From: an uncultured delta proteobacterium
GTDB lineage: Bacteria > Desulfobacterota > Binatia > DP-6
Reading direction: 5' to 3'
Assembly: GCA_963815115.1 (NCBI GenBank)
Contig: CAWFFN010000007.1
Span: 128,001-192,000, forward strand
DNA length: 64,000 nucleotides
A program made the position numbers and the translations under genes. The notes beneath the pieces are model-generated. The model made no database searches, was not told the DNA's origin, and saw nothing but the letters and a program-made list of their open reading frames with translations. Below, one piece after another: positions 1 through 14,522 of this stretch; positions within the stretch are counted from its first letter, which is position 1; each line of letters starts with the position of its first letter.

Positions 1-3000
1 CATCCATCAACACCGCGTCGAACGGCTCGCGCCGAACCGCGGCCAGGGCTTCCAGTCCATTGCTCGCCAGCGCGACCGTGCACCCGTGCTTCTCGAGCAG
101 CCGGACTGCAAGACGTTGATTCACGATGTTGTCCTCGACGAGCAGGATATGCCTGTGCACCTCCACACCGTGCGGTGCCGCGCCGGCTCGATTCGGCGCC
201 GCCGGCGGACGGTCAACGCGGTCGCCGGACGCTCGCAGGGTGCGCGCAACGGCATCGAGCAGATCGCTCGGCTTGACCGGCTTCATCAGATGCGCCGCGA
301 TACCGAGCGCTCTACACCGTGCGCCATCGCCGGCCTGACCGCCGGAGGTCATCATGATGAGCGCCGGTGGGTCGGGCAGGGCGCTCTGCGCAATCCGGGC
401 GGCAAGCGTGAATCCGTCCATCTCGGGCATCTCCTCGTCGAGCAATACCAGGGCGAAGCCGTGACCGGCCCGTACCGCGCCGTCCAGGGCCTCGAGCGCG
501 GCGGCGCCACTCGCGACCGCGACGGGGCGCATCCCCCCAGCGCAGCACCGTCTCCTCGAGGATGCGGCGGTTGGTGACGTTGTCGTCGACGACGAGGACC
601 GGCAGATCGCGCAGCATCGCCGGCGTCCTGATCGCGGGCGCCGCCGCGGCGATCCCGAAGCACGCGGTGAAGCGAAAGCTGCTTCCGTGTCCCACGGCGC
701 TGTCGAGCTCGATGTCTCCCTCCATCAAGTTGACCAGCCGCCTGGCGATCGTGAGCCCGAGGCCCGTGCCGCCATACTTGCGCGTCGTCGAGCCGTCCGC
801 CTGCTCGAAGGCCTCGAAGATGCCCCGTTGCTTCTCGGCCGCGACGCCGATCCCCGTATCGCGAACCGTGAAGCGCAACTCGGTCCGCGGGCAGGCGCTC
901 GGAGGCTCGGATCTGGACAGGCCTGTCCCTGCCGCGGGCGGACGATCACCGGGCGGGCTCGCGCTCGCCTGCTCGACCTCCACGGCCACCTCGCCCTGCG
1001 GCGTGAACTTGATGGCGTTCCCGACGAGATTGACGAGGATCTGCCTGAGGCGCCCCGGGTCGCCCACGAGGTTCTCGGGCACATCGGGCAGGACTCGCCA
1101 GGTGAGCTCCAGCCCCTTCTGATGGGCGCACAACGCCTGAACCTTCATGACGTCGCCGAGGACATTCGGGAGGTTGAACTCGACCGGATCGAGCTCCAGC
1201 TTTCCGGCCTCGATCTTGGAGAAATCGAGTATGTCGTTGATGACCGACATCAACGAGTCGGCCGAGACCTTCACCATCTCCAGGTATTCCCGCTGATCGG
1301 GCTCCAGCGTCGTGTCCAGGGCCAGGTCCGTCATGCCGATGATGCCGTTCATCGGTGTACGGATCTCGTGACTCATGTTGGCGAGAAAGTCGCTCTTGGC
1401 GCGGCTGGCCGCTTCGGCCGTTTCCCTGGCCTCCCGCAGCTGCATCTCCACTCGCTTCCGTTCGGTGATGTCACGGACGATGCCGACCGCGTGCCAGCGG
1501 CCATCGAGGTGGATCGGCGCGAGCGATAGCTCGATCGGTATCTCATCGCCGCCGTTGCGCCGTCCCACGACCTCCCTCGTCTTGCCGATGGCTGCGCCCT
1601 CGCCCGTGAGCCAGAACGCCTCGAGACCCCGCGCCGCCGCCTCCCGGAACGTCGCCGGCGCCACGAGCTCATGGAGATCGCGCCCCAGCACCGCGCCCTC
1701 CGAGTATCCGAAGATCGTTTCCGCCGCGCGGTTCCAGAACGCCACGCGGCCGTCCGCATCCATCATGACGATGCCATCCTGCGCCGACGCGGTGATGGTG
1801 CGGAATCGCTCTTCACTGTCGCGCAGCGCCTGCTCCACGAGCCTGCGCTGGGTGACGTCACGCGCGATCGCCGAAGCGCCCGTGACGACGCCCTCGGTGT
1901 CCCGGACCGGTGACAACTTCAGCGAGACGGCGACCGGGGTGCCGTCCTTGCGACGGCGCGTCGCCTCGTAGTCAGCGATTCGCTGGCCATCCTTCACCCG
2001 TTCGAGAAGGCGGAGCGTCTCCGTCGGGTCGGAGCACAGGAGGGTGGCGACCGGCATGCCGATCGCCTCCTCTGCGGTGTACCCGTAGACGTGCTCGGCG
2101 CCGCGATTCCAGCTGAGGATCGTGCCGTCGAGTGTTTCACTGATGATGGCGTCCTCCGAGGACTCCACGATGGCTGCCAGGAGACGGCGCTCGTCCTCGA
2201 CCCGCTTGAGCTCGGTGATGTCCCGGGCCACCGCGGCGAAGCCGATCGTCCGCCCGTTTTCCACGATGAGCTGGACGTTGTGCCCGAGCCAGAGCTCCGT
2301 GCCGTCCTTGGCGATCGCAGGCACCTCGCAATAGGTCGTCGGGATTCGCTCGACGAATTGCCGCAGATAGAAGCGGCCGATTCGCCGGCGCGAATCCGGT
2401 CGGACGAGGACGAGGAAGTGGATGCCCATCATCTCGCTCTCGCTGTATCGCATGAGGCGCAGGGCGATCGGATTGCAGTAGGTCACGTGACCCGTGTCGT
2501 CGGTCCGATAGATGATGTCGGTCGCGTGTCCGAGTATCTGCTCGTAGCGCGCCGCGCTCGCCGCACTCGTGGTGTGGATGCCGTAACCGGCGAGCAGCGC
2601 GGCGGCGAGCGCCAGCAGGCCCAGCATCTCGGCCTGGCTCAAACTGTGCTCGCCGAATACCTCCAGCACGTAGGACAGGAGCGCGATGCCGCCGCCGAAC
2701 AGCACCAGGTCCACGACGTCGAGCGGATGGGTCTGCTGCTCGCGATAGTCCGGCAGGTGGCGATACACGAAGTAGACGCCGAGCAGGCCGACCGGAACGT
2801 TGACGTAGAACACGCCGCGCCAATTGAGATAGGAGACGATCAGCCCGCCGGCGACCGGCCCGACCATGGGGCCGATCAGGCCTGGAATGGCGACAAAGCT
2901 CATGACGGGGACGAGATCGGCCTTGTCGTAGGTGCGCGCCAGCGTCATGCGACCGACCGGCATCATCATGGCACCGCCCGCGCCCTGCAGGATGCGGCAG

Positions 3001-3326
3001 GCCACCAGCATCTCGAGGCTGGTCGAGAGGCCGCACAGCACCGAGCCCACGGTGAAGAGGCCGATCGCCGTGGCGAACACGCGCCGCGTGCCGAACCGGT
3101 CGGCCATCCAGCCGCTCACCGGCATGAAGACGGCGAGGCTCAGTGTATAGCTCGCCAGCACCGACTTCACGCTGAGCGGCGCCACGTCCATGGCCCGCGC
3201 GATGGCTGGCACCGCGGTGTTGAGGATCGTCGTGTCGAGCGACTGCATGAAGAACGCAACGGCGACCAGCCACGGCAACAGGCGCTTGATGGCATCGTTT
3301 GGCGAAGCGGTGGTTGTCGCGGCCAT
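1..3326 (-). CDS. Hybrid sensor histidine kinase (3 PAS-HisKA-HATPase-REC-REC) with an N-terminal truncated DHA2/EmrB-type MFS domain; frameshift near 535; 3' end lies outside the window
   Basis: ATG at 3326 (MAATTTASPNDAIKRLLPW). MFS motifs LDTTILNTA and GWMADRFGTRR; three PAS/PAC repeats; H-box FLANMSHEIRTPMNG; G-boxes DTGIG and GGTGLGL. REC VLVVDDN continues after a frameshift (LLDEEMPEMDG) into a second REC (ILLVEDNIVN). Confidence 0.85.
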
Positions 3327-3530
3327 CGTCAGTCCGCCGGTCTGAAAGGAGCCTGCCCGTGGGCGTCGAACAGGGCGTCCAGGAATTCCGGGATCAGCGG
3401 CATGCTCCGCGTCCCCTTGACGCAGGGTGGCTCCGGGGCAGCCGGTGCGCACTGAAGCGGGGCCGCACACGCTGCTCGTACTTGGGGACGAGCTGAGGCA
3501 ATACATTGATCCCCAGAGAGGAGATCCTCC

Positions 3531-3899
3531 ATGCCGTATCTCCGTGCAGTGCTCCTTGCGACCATCATCACGATGGGGATGGCTCCTGCGGCACACTCAG
3601 CGACCGATCGGGAGAAGCTCAGCAAGCTCATGAGGGACGCCGCACCGAGATTCGGCAACGTCTTCAGCGCACAGGCCGTCAGCGATGCGTTGCAGAAGTC
3701 GAAGACGGTGTGCGTCTGCTTCGATCCCCAACAGAACGCGGCGCTGGTTGGGTTCATGGTGTTCTTGGGCCCCCGGACAGCTGGCGAGGGCTTCACAGCA
3801 CTGTGCCTGACGCCGGTGTTCACGTCAGATGGTGCCGTGACCGGCGGGACGGGCGCCTGTGCCGAGTTCACCCCCATCCCGGGCAGCAACGCGCCGTGA
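3531..3899 (+). CDS. Small secreted hypothetical protein with 4 Cys
   Basis: GAGGAG RBS upstream; signal peptide-like N-terminus ending AHS-A; non-shadow amino-acid composition. Confidence 0.65.
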   Translation: MPYLRAVLLATIITMGMAPAAHSATDREKLSKLMRDAAPRFGNVFSAQAVSDALQKSKTVCVCFDPQQNAALVGFMVFLGPRTAGEGFTALCLTPVFTSDGAVTGGTGACAEFTPIPGSNAP

Positions 3900-4019
3900 A
3901 TGTGCCCTTCCGTCGGCGTCGGCAACGAACCGGCGCGGAGCATTTCTCCTCCGAGGCCGTCGGAGGCCGTCCTTCGAGCTCCTTCGGGAGCACCCGCGAG
4001 GATCGGGCCTTTGTGCGGA

Positions 4020-4254
4020 CTATCTGGTCGATCCGAGCACCGACGTCGACGTGCCCTCGAGCTACACGAACTTCGGCGAACGCGCCGTCTACCTGAGCGT
4101 TCCCGGCCAGGTGCAGGCCGTCCTGCGGTGCTCCGCCGACGATCTGGGGCCCGCGGGACGCGACGCCTTCCACGGCCGGGGACGGGTGAACGCGATCGCG
4201 ATGACCCGGGGAGTGATCGCCCTGGCGTCGCGCAGCTCGCATCGCTGCACGTGA
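4020..4254 (+). pseudogene. Subtilase (S8 peptidase) remnant
   Basis: SSYTNFGERAVYLSVPG is joined directly to QVQAVLRCSADDLGPAGRDAFHGRGRVNA. Both resemble subtilase motifs, and the GTSMA catalytic segment normally between them is absent. Confidence 0.55.
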
Positions 4255-4280
4255 ACCACGGTCACCGAGTGGTGCGTGCG

Positions 4281-5771
4281 CTACCGGTCGGGCCCGTGCC
4301 GAACGGCGCGCAAGCCGGACAGATCGCGCGCGACCATCGTGTTGCGATCGGACACGCTGCTGCCGAGCGCAAACTGGGGCCACAGGCCGGCTATCTCCTG
4401 CCGGCTGCGTTCGCTCCACGCCCGGGCGAGCCGGCTCCGCGTCTTGTGGAAGTTCAACGCGAAGCCGCCGGTGTAGAGCCGCAGGAGGGAGAAGCCGCCC
4501 GGATACTCCTTGCCCGCGGCGATCTCCTGCATCGTGACCCCGGGAGCCACCGCGCTGATCGTGCGCTTGTTGCGATGCGTGTGGCCTGCGTGATGCAGAA
4601 ACAGTCCGGGAGTCTGCGAGTAGTCGTCCAGGATCGTCGCCACCTGTCCGGCCTCGAGCCTGTTGCTCGCCGAGGTCGGGAACGGTGACTTCTCGACGAT
4701 GAGAGGATGGTGCCCGAACACGATCGTCGGCTGCTCGCGCTCCCTGGCGAGCTCGGCGCGGAACCAGGCGAGCTGTTCGGCGGAGAGCGCGCCGGCATCG
4801 CTGCCGCGTCCGGGCTTGTCGTAGGTGTCGAGGCCGATGACCCGGAGGCCACGGAGTTCGCGACTGAAGTAGGTCGGCTCGTCTCCCGGGAAGAAGTGAT
4901 CGTGGAAGCAGTCGTTGCCCTGCCATTGGCCGATACGACACGCCGCGTACGCCTCACCGGTATGCGCGCGATCGTGATTGCCGCGCACGACGAAGTAGTC
5001 CCGGCGATACTTGCCGAATCGTCTGAGCAGCTTCCCCGCTCTGCTGAGGTCGACCGGCGCGGCTTCGGCCGTGATGTCGCCGGCGGCAAGCAGGAACGAT
5101 GCACCGAGCGCGCTCGCATCATGGACGAGCGACTCGAGCATCACCTCGGGATAGGGCGGGAGGCCGGGAGCCTGCTGGATCCCGACGATCCCCGTGCCTC
5201 CGAGGAGCCCGGCTGTCGTCTCGCCCATGTGGAGGTCGTTGCACAGCGCGATGGAGAACAGGAAGCGGCCCGGCGGCGGCTCCGGAACGGTGAAGCTGTA
5301 TGGACCGCCGGTCATCAGACCGAAGTCGGAGGTGCCGACGGCGTTCCCGCTGATGAGCGTGAACGGAGTCGGGGATACCGGAATATCGTTGGAGCGGGCC
5401 TCGTAGTAGTACGTCCGTCCCGGCTCGAGGCCTTTGAGCTCGACGTAGTGATACGGCGTGTCGCGGAAGCGACCCCCCGCCGCCCGGTTCAACCGCTGGG
5501 GGTCCGTTCCCCAGAAGACCGCGCCGTCGGCCGGAGCGGGTTCCATCCGACCCAGGCCGTCATCGGTTCCGGTGTATCCCGTGTACCAGGTGATGACCGC
5601 CCGGTCTTCGGTGAGGGTCACGAGCTCGAGGTTCACCGGCGACACGGCGTCCTTACGGCTGCGTGCGGCGGCAACCCCGTTGTCGAACAGGCGGCGAGCG
5701 AAGAATGGTGAGGCCGCGGCTACGGCGGTCCAGCGCAGGAAGTCCCGTCGCGTGAAGTCACAACCAGGCAC
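4281..5771 (-). CDS. Tat-exported calcineurin-like metallophosphoesterase with FN3/purple acid phosphatase N-terminal domain
   Basis: Tat motif TRRDFL; HYVELKGLEPGRTYYY; metal motifs NDLH, GDIT, GNHD, GHH, GHTH. Confidence 0.85.
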   Translation of the reverse strand: MPGCDFTRRDFLRWTAVAAASPFFARRLFDNGVAAARSRKDAVSPVNLELVTLTEDRAVITWYTGYTGTDDGLGRMEPAPADGAVFWGTDPQRLNRAAGGRFRDTPYHYVELKGLEPGRTYYYEARSNDIPVSPTPFTLISGNAVGTSDFGLMTGGPYSFTVPEPPPGRFLFSIALCNDLHMGETTAGLLGGTGIVGIQQAPGLPPYPEVMLESLVHDASALGASFLLAAGDITAEAAPVDLSRAGKLLRRFGKYRRDYFVVRGNHDRAHTGEAYAACRIGQWQGNDCFHDHFFPGDEPTYFSRELRGLRVIGLDTYDKPGRGSDAGALSAEQLAWFRAELAREREQPTIVFGHHPLIVEKSPFPTSASNRLEAGQVATILDDYSQTPGLFLHHAGHTHRNKRTISAVAPGVTMQEIAAGKEYPGGFSLLRLYTGGFALNFHKTRSRLARAWSERSRQEIAGLWPQFALGSSVSDRNTMVARDLSGLRAVRHGPDR

Positions 5772-6104
5772 GGACCAAACCTACCAATCGCCGACGTCGC
5801 GTGGCGGCCGTCTCGCGGTGCATGGGAGCGGTCTCCTCCGGCCGCATCGCGCCTGTCTCACCATGGCCCTGAGGGAGTGCCAGAGTCGTTCGGGGTGGGT
5901 CAACGATGGACTTGCCTCTCGTCGGCGTCCCGGGCTCGTGATGCCGCACGTGCGTCCCGGCGTCGCGCGCTCCGCGGACACGCCGAGGTCAGGACTCCGG
6001 TTGCCGCTCCGGGGCCTGCGGGGTCACCATCGCCAGACGCGAGCCACGCGGCAACGCGGAGGGGCGTCGACCGCCGTCGACCGCCCTGCGGACCTCCTTC
6101 CCGT

Positions 6105-7028
6105 TCAAGGAGTACGGGCGACGCGGAAGCCGAAGCGGGGGAAGTGCACGACCACGGCGCCGAGCGCGGGCTCCTCGCGGCGGATGGCGATGTCCTCGGC
6201 CGACGACTCGACCAGGGTCCCGGCGATGGGATCGAAGCCGTAGTCGTCCGCCGTGACGGTCACGGCCATGCCGGCCGCCAGCCCGTTCGGCTCCCGGGAA
6301 TCGACCGTGCCCGGCGCGGCCGGCTCCGCCGCGCGCGCGACGGCGAGCGCCTCGGCCGCGGACACGTCGCGCCGCTCGCCCTGGCCCATGGCCTCCAGGC
6401 GCGCCATCCAGCCGGCAACGCGGCCGAACTCGCCGAGCAGCGCCTGCGCTCCGGGCGCGACGCGCAGGAACCAGAGCGGGTGGTAGCACGCGGCATCGGC
6501 CAGGCTGAAGGCGCGGCCGAGCAGCCATTGACGGCCGTCGGCGAGCTGCGAGTCGAGGGTGGCGATCAGCGCGCGCACCTGCTCGCGGGCGTGCGGCGCC
6601 TGCTTCGGGATGTCGCGGAAATCGCGTCCGGGCATCATCTTGCTCCGGTCCTCGATGAACGCCGGCGGCACGAGCGCGCCGATGTCCGCGAACACGACCG
6701 CCACGACGGGCATGAAGAGCAGGCGGTCGGCCCACAGGTTCCAGGCATGCGCGGTCCCGACCGATCCCTCGGGGTAGATGGTCGGCTCGGGCGCCACGCG
6801 CTCGAGCAGGCGCACGATGCACTGCGTGTCGCAGTAGACGTCGGCGCCGATCTGGAGCACGGGAATGCGCCGGTAGCCGCCGGTCAACGGAACCAGGTCC
6901 GGCTTCGGCATGATGCTCGGCTGCTCGACGGCGCCCCAGGCGAGTCGCTTGTGCGCGAGCACCTTGCGGATCTTCTCGGAGAACGGCGAGGTGTCGTAGT
7001 GGTGCAGCAGCAGCGCGGGCTGCGTCAT
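6105..7028 (-). CDS. Glutathione S-transferase family protein
   Basis: SPFSEKIR, GGYRRIPVLQIGADVYCDT, FSLADAA, C-terminal VHFPRFGF. Confidence 0.9.
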   Translation of the reverse strand: MTQPALLLHHYDTSPFSEKIRKVLAHKRLAWGAVEQPSIMPKPDLVPLTGGYRRIPVLQIGADVYCDTQCIVRLLERVAPEPTIYPEGSVGTAHAWNLWADRLLFMPVVAVVFADIGALVPPAFIEDRSKMMPGRDFRDIPKQAPHAREQVRALIATLDSQLADGRQWLLGRAFSLADAACYHPLWFLRVAPGAQALLGEFGRVAGWMARLEAMGQGERRDVSAAEALAVARAAEPAAPGTVDSREPNGLAAGMAVTVTADDYGFDPIAGTLVESSAEDIAIRREEPALGAVVVHFPRFGFRVARTP

Positions 7029-7053
7029 GAACCTTCCCTCATGAACCTTCCCT
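7026..7053. repeat. Perfect 14-bp tandem duplication (CATGAACCTTCCCT x2) covering the GST RBS and start codon
   Basis: Read directly at 7026-7039 and 7040-7053. Confidence 0.9.
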
Positions 7054-7055
7054 CC

Positions 7056-7084
7056 TTGACAGCGCCCGGGCCGGCGCGTATCAA
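7056..7084 (+). promoter_or_regulatory. Putative sigma70 promoter of the pyr operon
   Basis: TTGACA (7056-7061), 17-bp spacer, TATCAA (7079-7084), immediately upstream of the PyrR leader. Confidence 0.55.
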
Positions 7085-7110
7085 ACTGCAGCTTCAGCCG
7101 ATCGCCCGGC

Positions 7111-7815
<705 letters not shown>

Positions 7816-7825
7816 GGGAGGCACC

Positions 7826-8814
7826 ATGGCGTTCACCCGGCGTCATCTGCTCGGGCTCGAGGGCGTGCCGAGGGAGGAGATCGTCGCCATCCTCGATACC
7901 GCGGCGTCGTTCAAGGAGATCTCGGAGCGCGACATCAAGAAGGTGCCGGCGCTGCGCGGCAAGACGATCATCAACCTCTTCTACGAGGCCAGCACGCGCA
8001 CGCGGACCTCCTTCGAGATCGCGGCCAAGCGCCTGTCGGCCGACACCATCAACATCAGCGCGTCGAGCTCGAGCGCCAGCAAGGGCGAGACGCTGGCCGA
8101 TACGGCGCGCAATCTCGAGGCCATGAAGCCCGACGCGATCGTCGTGCGCCACCCCGCGTCGGGTGCGTGCGCCTTCCTTGCCCGACACGTCGGCTGCCCC
8201 ATCCTCAACGCCGGGGATGGCTGCCACGAGCATCCCACGCAGGCGCTCCTCGATTGCCTCACCATCCGCGAGCGGCGGGGCGAGATCGCCGGGCTCACGG
8301 TGGCGATCGTCGGCGATCTGCTGCACAGCCGCGTCGGGCGCTCCAACGTGCACGCCCTGCGGACGCTGGGCGCGCGGGTGCGGCTGGTGGGACCGCCCAC
8401 GCTGCTGCCGCCGGAGTTCGCCACCCCCGGCGTGGAGCTGCACTCGCGGCTGGCCGACGGCGTGCGCGACGCCGACGTCATCATGATGCTGCGCATCCAG
8501 CGCGAGCGGCAGGGGGCGAACTTCTTCCCCTCGCTCGAGGAGTACTCGCACTACTACTGCCTCACCGAGGAGATGGTGCGCCTGGCACGCCCGAGGTGAT
8601 CATCCTGCACCCCGGCCCGCTGAACCGCGGGCTCGAGATCGCCAGCGCCGTCGCCGACGGCCCCTACTCGGTGATCATGAACCAGGTGACCAACGGCCTG
8701 GCGGTGCGGATGGCGCTCCTCTACCTGCTCGTCGCGCGCAGCAAGGCCGTGGATGCCGTCGAGCTCGAGCCGGTGACGGAGCCGGTGCGCGGCCGGGGTG
8801 GGGTGCGCGGATGA
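7826..8814 (+). CDS. pyrB: Aspartate carbamoyltransferase (frameshift near 8590)
   Basis: [23 protein letters not shown]; HPGPLNRG appears in the next frame. Confidence 0.95.
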
Positions 8815-10125
8815 GCGGCCGGACGCTCCTGGCCGGCGGGCGCCTGGTCGATCCGCTCGCCGGCACGGTCGGGGCCGAGGATCTGCTGATCGACGACGGG
8901 CGGATCGCCGCGCGCCTCCCGGCGGGCACGCCCGTCGACGACGCCGCGGTGCTCGACGCGCGCGGGCTGCTGGTGCTGCCCGGGCTGGTCGACATGCACG
9001 TGCACCTGCGGGAGCCGGGGCAGGAGTACAAGGAGACGGTCGCGACCGGGGTGGCGGCGGCGCTCGCGGGCGGCTTCACGTCGATCGCCTGCATGGCCAA
9101 CACCGACCCGGTGAACGACAGCGGCGCGGTCACGCGCTTCATCCTGGAGCGTGCGGCGCTGGCCGGCGGCGCGCGGGTCCATCCCATCGGGGCGCTCTCG
9201 CTCGGGCTCGCCGGGGAGCGGCTGGCCGAGATCGGCGAGATGCACCGGGCGGGCATCGTCGCCGTCTCGGACGACGGCCGCCCCGTGATGCACGCCGGGC
9301 TCATGCGCCGGGCGCTCGAGTACACCCGGCTCTTCGACCTCCCCGTCATCGCGCACGAGGAGGACGAGCACCTGTGCGCGGGCGGCGTGATGAACGAGGG
9401 GGCGATGGCGGTCCGTCTCGGGTTGCGCGGGCGGCCGGCGGTGGCGGAGGAGGTGATGGTGGCGCGCGACATGGCCCTCGCCGAGCTCACGCGGCGGCCG
9501 CCTGCACGTGGCCCACGTGAGCACGGCGCGCGCCGTCGAGCTGGTCCGGGACGCGCGTGCCCGCGGCGTCCGGGTCAGCGCCGAGGCCACGCCGCACCAT
9601 CTCGTGCTCACCGAGGAGGCGGTCGGCGACTACGACGCCAACGCCAAGATGGCGCCGCCGCTGCGCACGGCGGCCGACGTCGCGGCGCTGCGTGCCGGCC
9701 TGGCGGACGGCACGATCGAGGCCATCGCGAGCGACCACGCGCCGCACCACCGGGACGAGAAGGACGTCGAGTTCGATCAGGCGGCGAACGGCATCGTCGG
9801 GCTCGAGACGGCGCTGGCGCTGGGGCTGCGGCTGGTTGCCGACGGGGTGCTCGACCTGCCCGCGCTGGTGGAGCGCATGAGCGCGGGCCCGGCACGGCTC
9901 CTCGGCCTGCCCGCGGGGACGCTCGCCGTCGGCGCCGCGGCGGACGTGACCCTGGTCGATCCGGAGCGGCGCTGGAAGGTGTCGGCGCGCGCCTTCCGGT
10001 CGAAGGCGCGGAACACGCCGTTCGAGGGCTGGGAGCTCGTCGGCCGCGTGACGGCGGTGCTGGTCGGCGGTCGCCTGGTGTACGACGAGCGGCCGGCGAT
10101 GCCGACGCTGCGGGTGGCGTCCTGA
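8811..10125 (+). CDS. pyrC: Dihydroorotase (frameshift near 9495)
   Basis: [28 protein letters not shown]. Confidence 0.95.
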
Positions 10126-11269
10126 TGGCGCATGGCACCGCCATCCTCGCCCTGGCCGACGGGACGATCTTCCGTGGCCGTGCCTTCGGCGCCGTCGGGC
10201 GAGGCGGCCGGCGAGCTCGTCTTCAACACGAGCATGACGGGCTACCAGGAGATCCTCACCGACCCGTCGTACGAGGGGCAGCTCGTCGCCATGACCTACC
10301 CCGAGATCGGCAACGTCGGCGTGAACCGCGAGGACGTCGAGTCGCGCCGCCCCTTCGTGCGCGGGTTCATCGTGCGCGAGTACCGCGAGGTGCCGCTCCT
10401 CGTGGCGGGCCGAGCAGAGCCTGGGCGCGTACCTCGCGCACTGGGCATCCCGGGCATCGAGGGCATCGACACGCGTGCGCTGGTGCGCCACCTGCGCGAC
10501 CACGGGTCGCAGGAGGCGGTGCTGTCGAGCGTCGACCTCGACCCGGCGCGGCTGGTGCAGCGGGCGAAGGACACCCCCGGCCTCGTGGGCCGCGACCTGG
10601 TCAAGGAGGTCACGTGCGCCGAGCCGTACGACTGGGAGCAGGGTCCCTGGAAGCTCGGCGGCTACCTGACGGCGGACGAGATCGCGGCCGTGCTCGGCCG
10701 GCCGTCGTTCAAGGTCGTCGCCTACGACTACGGCATCAAGCGCAACATCCTGCGCAACCTGGTGGGAGCCGGGTGCGCGGTGCGCGTCGTGCCTGCCACG
10801 ACGCCGGCGCGCGAGGTGCTCGCGCTGCGCCCCGACGGCGTCTTCCTCTCCAACGGCCCCGGCGATCCCGACGCGGTCGCGGGCGCGCCGGAGAACGTGG
10901 CCCGGCTGCTCGGCAGAGGTGCCGGTGTTCGGCATCTGCCTCGGCCATCAGATCCTCGGCCTGGCGCTCGGCGGGCGTACCTACAAGCTCAAGTTCGGCC
11001 ATCACGGCGGCAACCAGCCGGTGAAGGACCTGACGACCGGCAAGGTCGAGATCACCGCCCAGAACCACGGCTTCGCCGTCGACGTGGATTCGCTCGGCGA
11101 TCTCGCCGAGCTGACGCACGTCAACCTCAACGACCAGACCGTGGAAGGGCTGACGGTGAAGGGCCAGCCCACGTTCTCGGTGCAGTACCATCCCGAGGCG
11201 TCGCCCGGCCCGCACGACGCGCGCTATCTGTTCCGCCGCTTCGTCGAGATGATGGAGCGCTGGCGGTGA
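10125..11269 (+). CDS. carA: Carbamoyl-phosphate synthase small subunit (several frameshifts)
   Basis: [44 protein letters not shown] across frames. Confidence 0.95.
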
Positions 11270-11298
11270 GCCTGCGGCTCGCCCCCTGGTGACGATCG

Positions 11299-14518
<3,220 letters not shown>

Positions 14519-14522
<4 letters not shown>

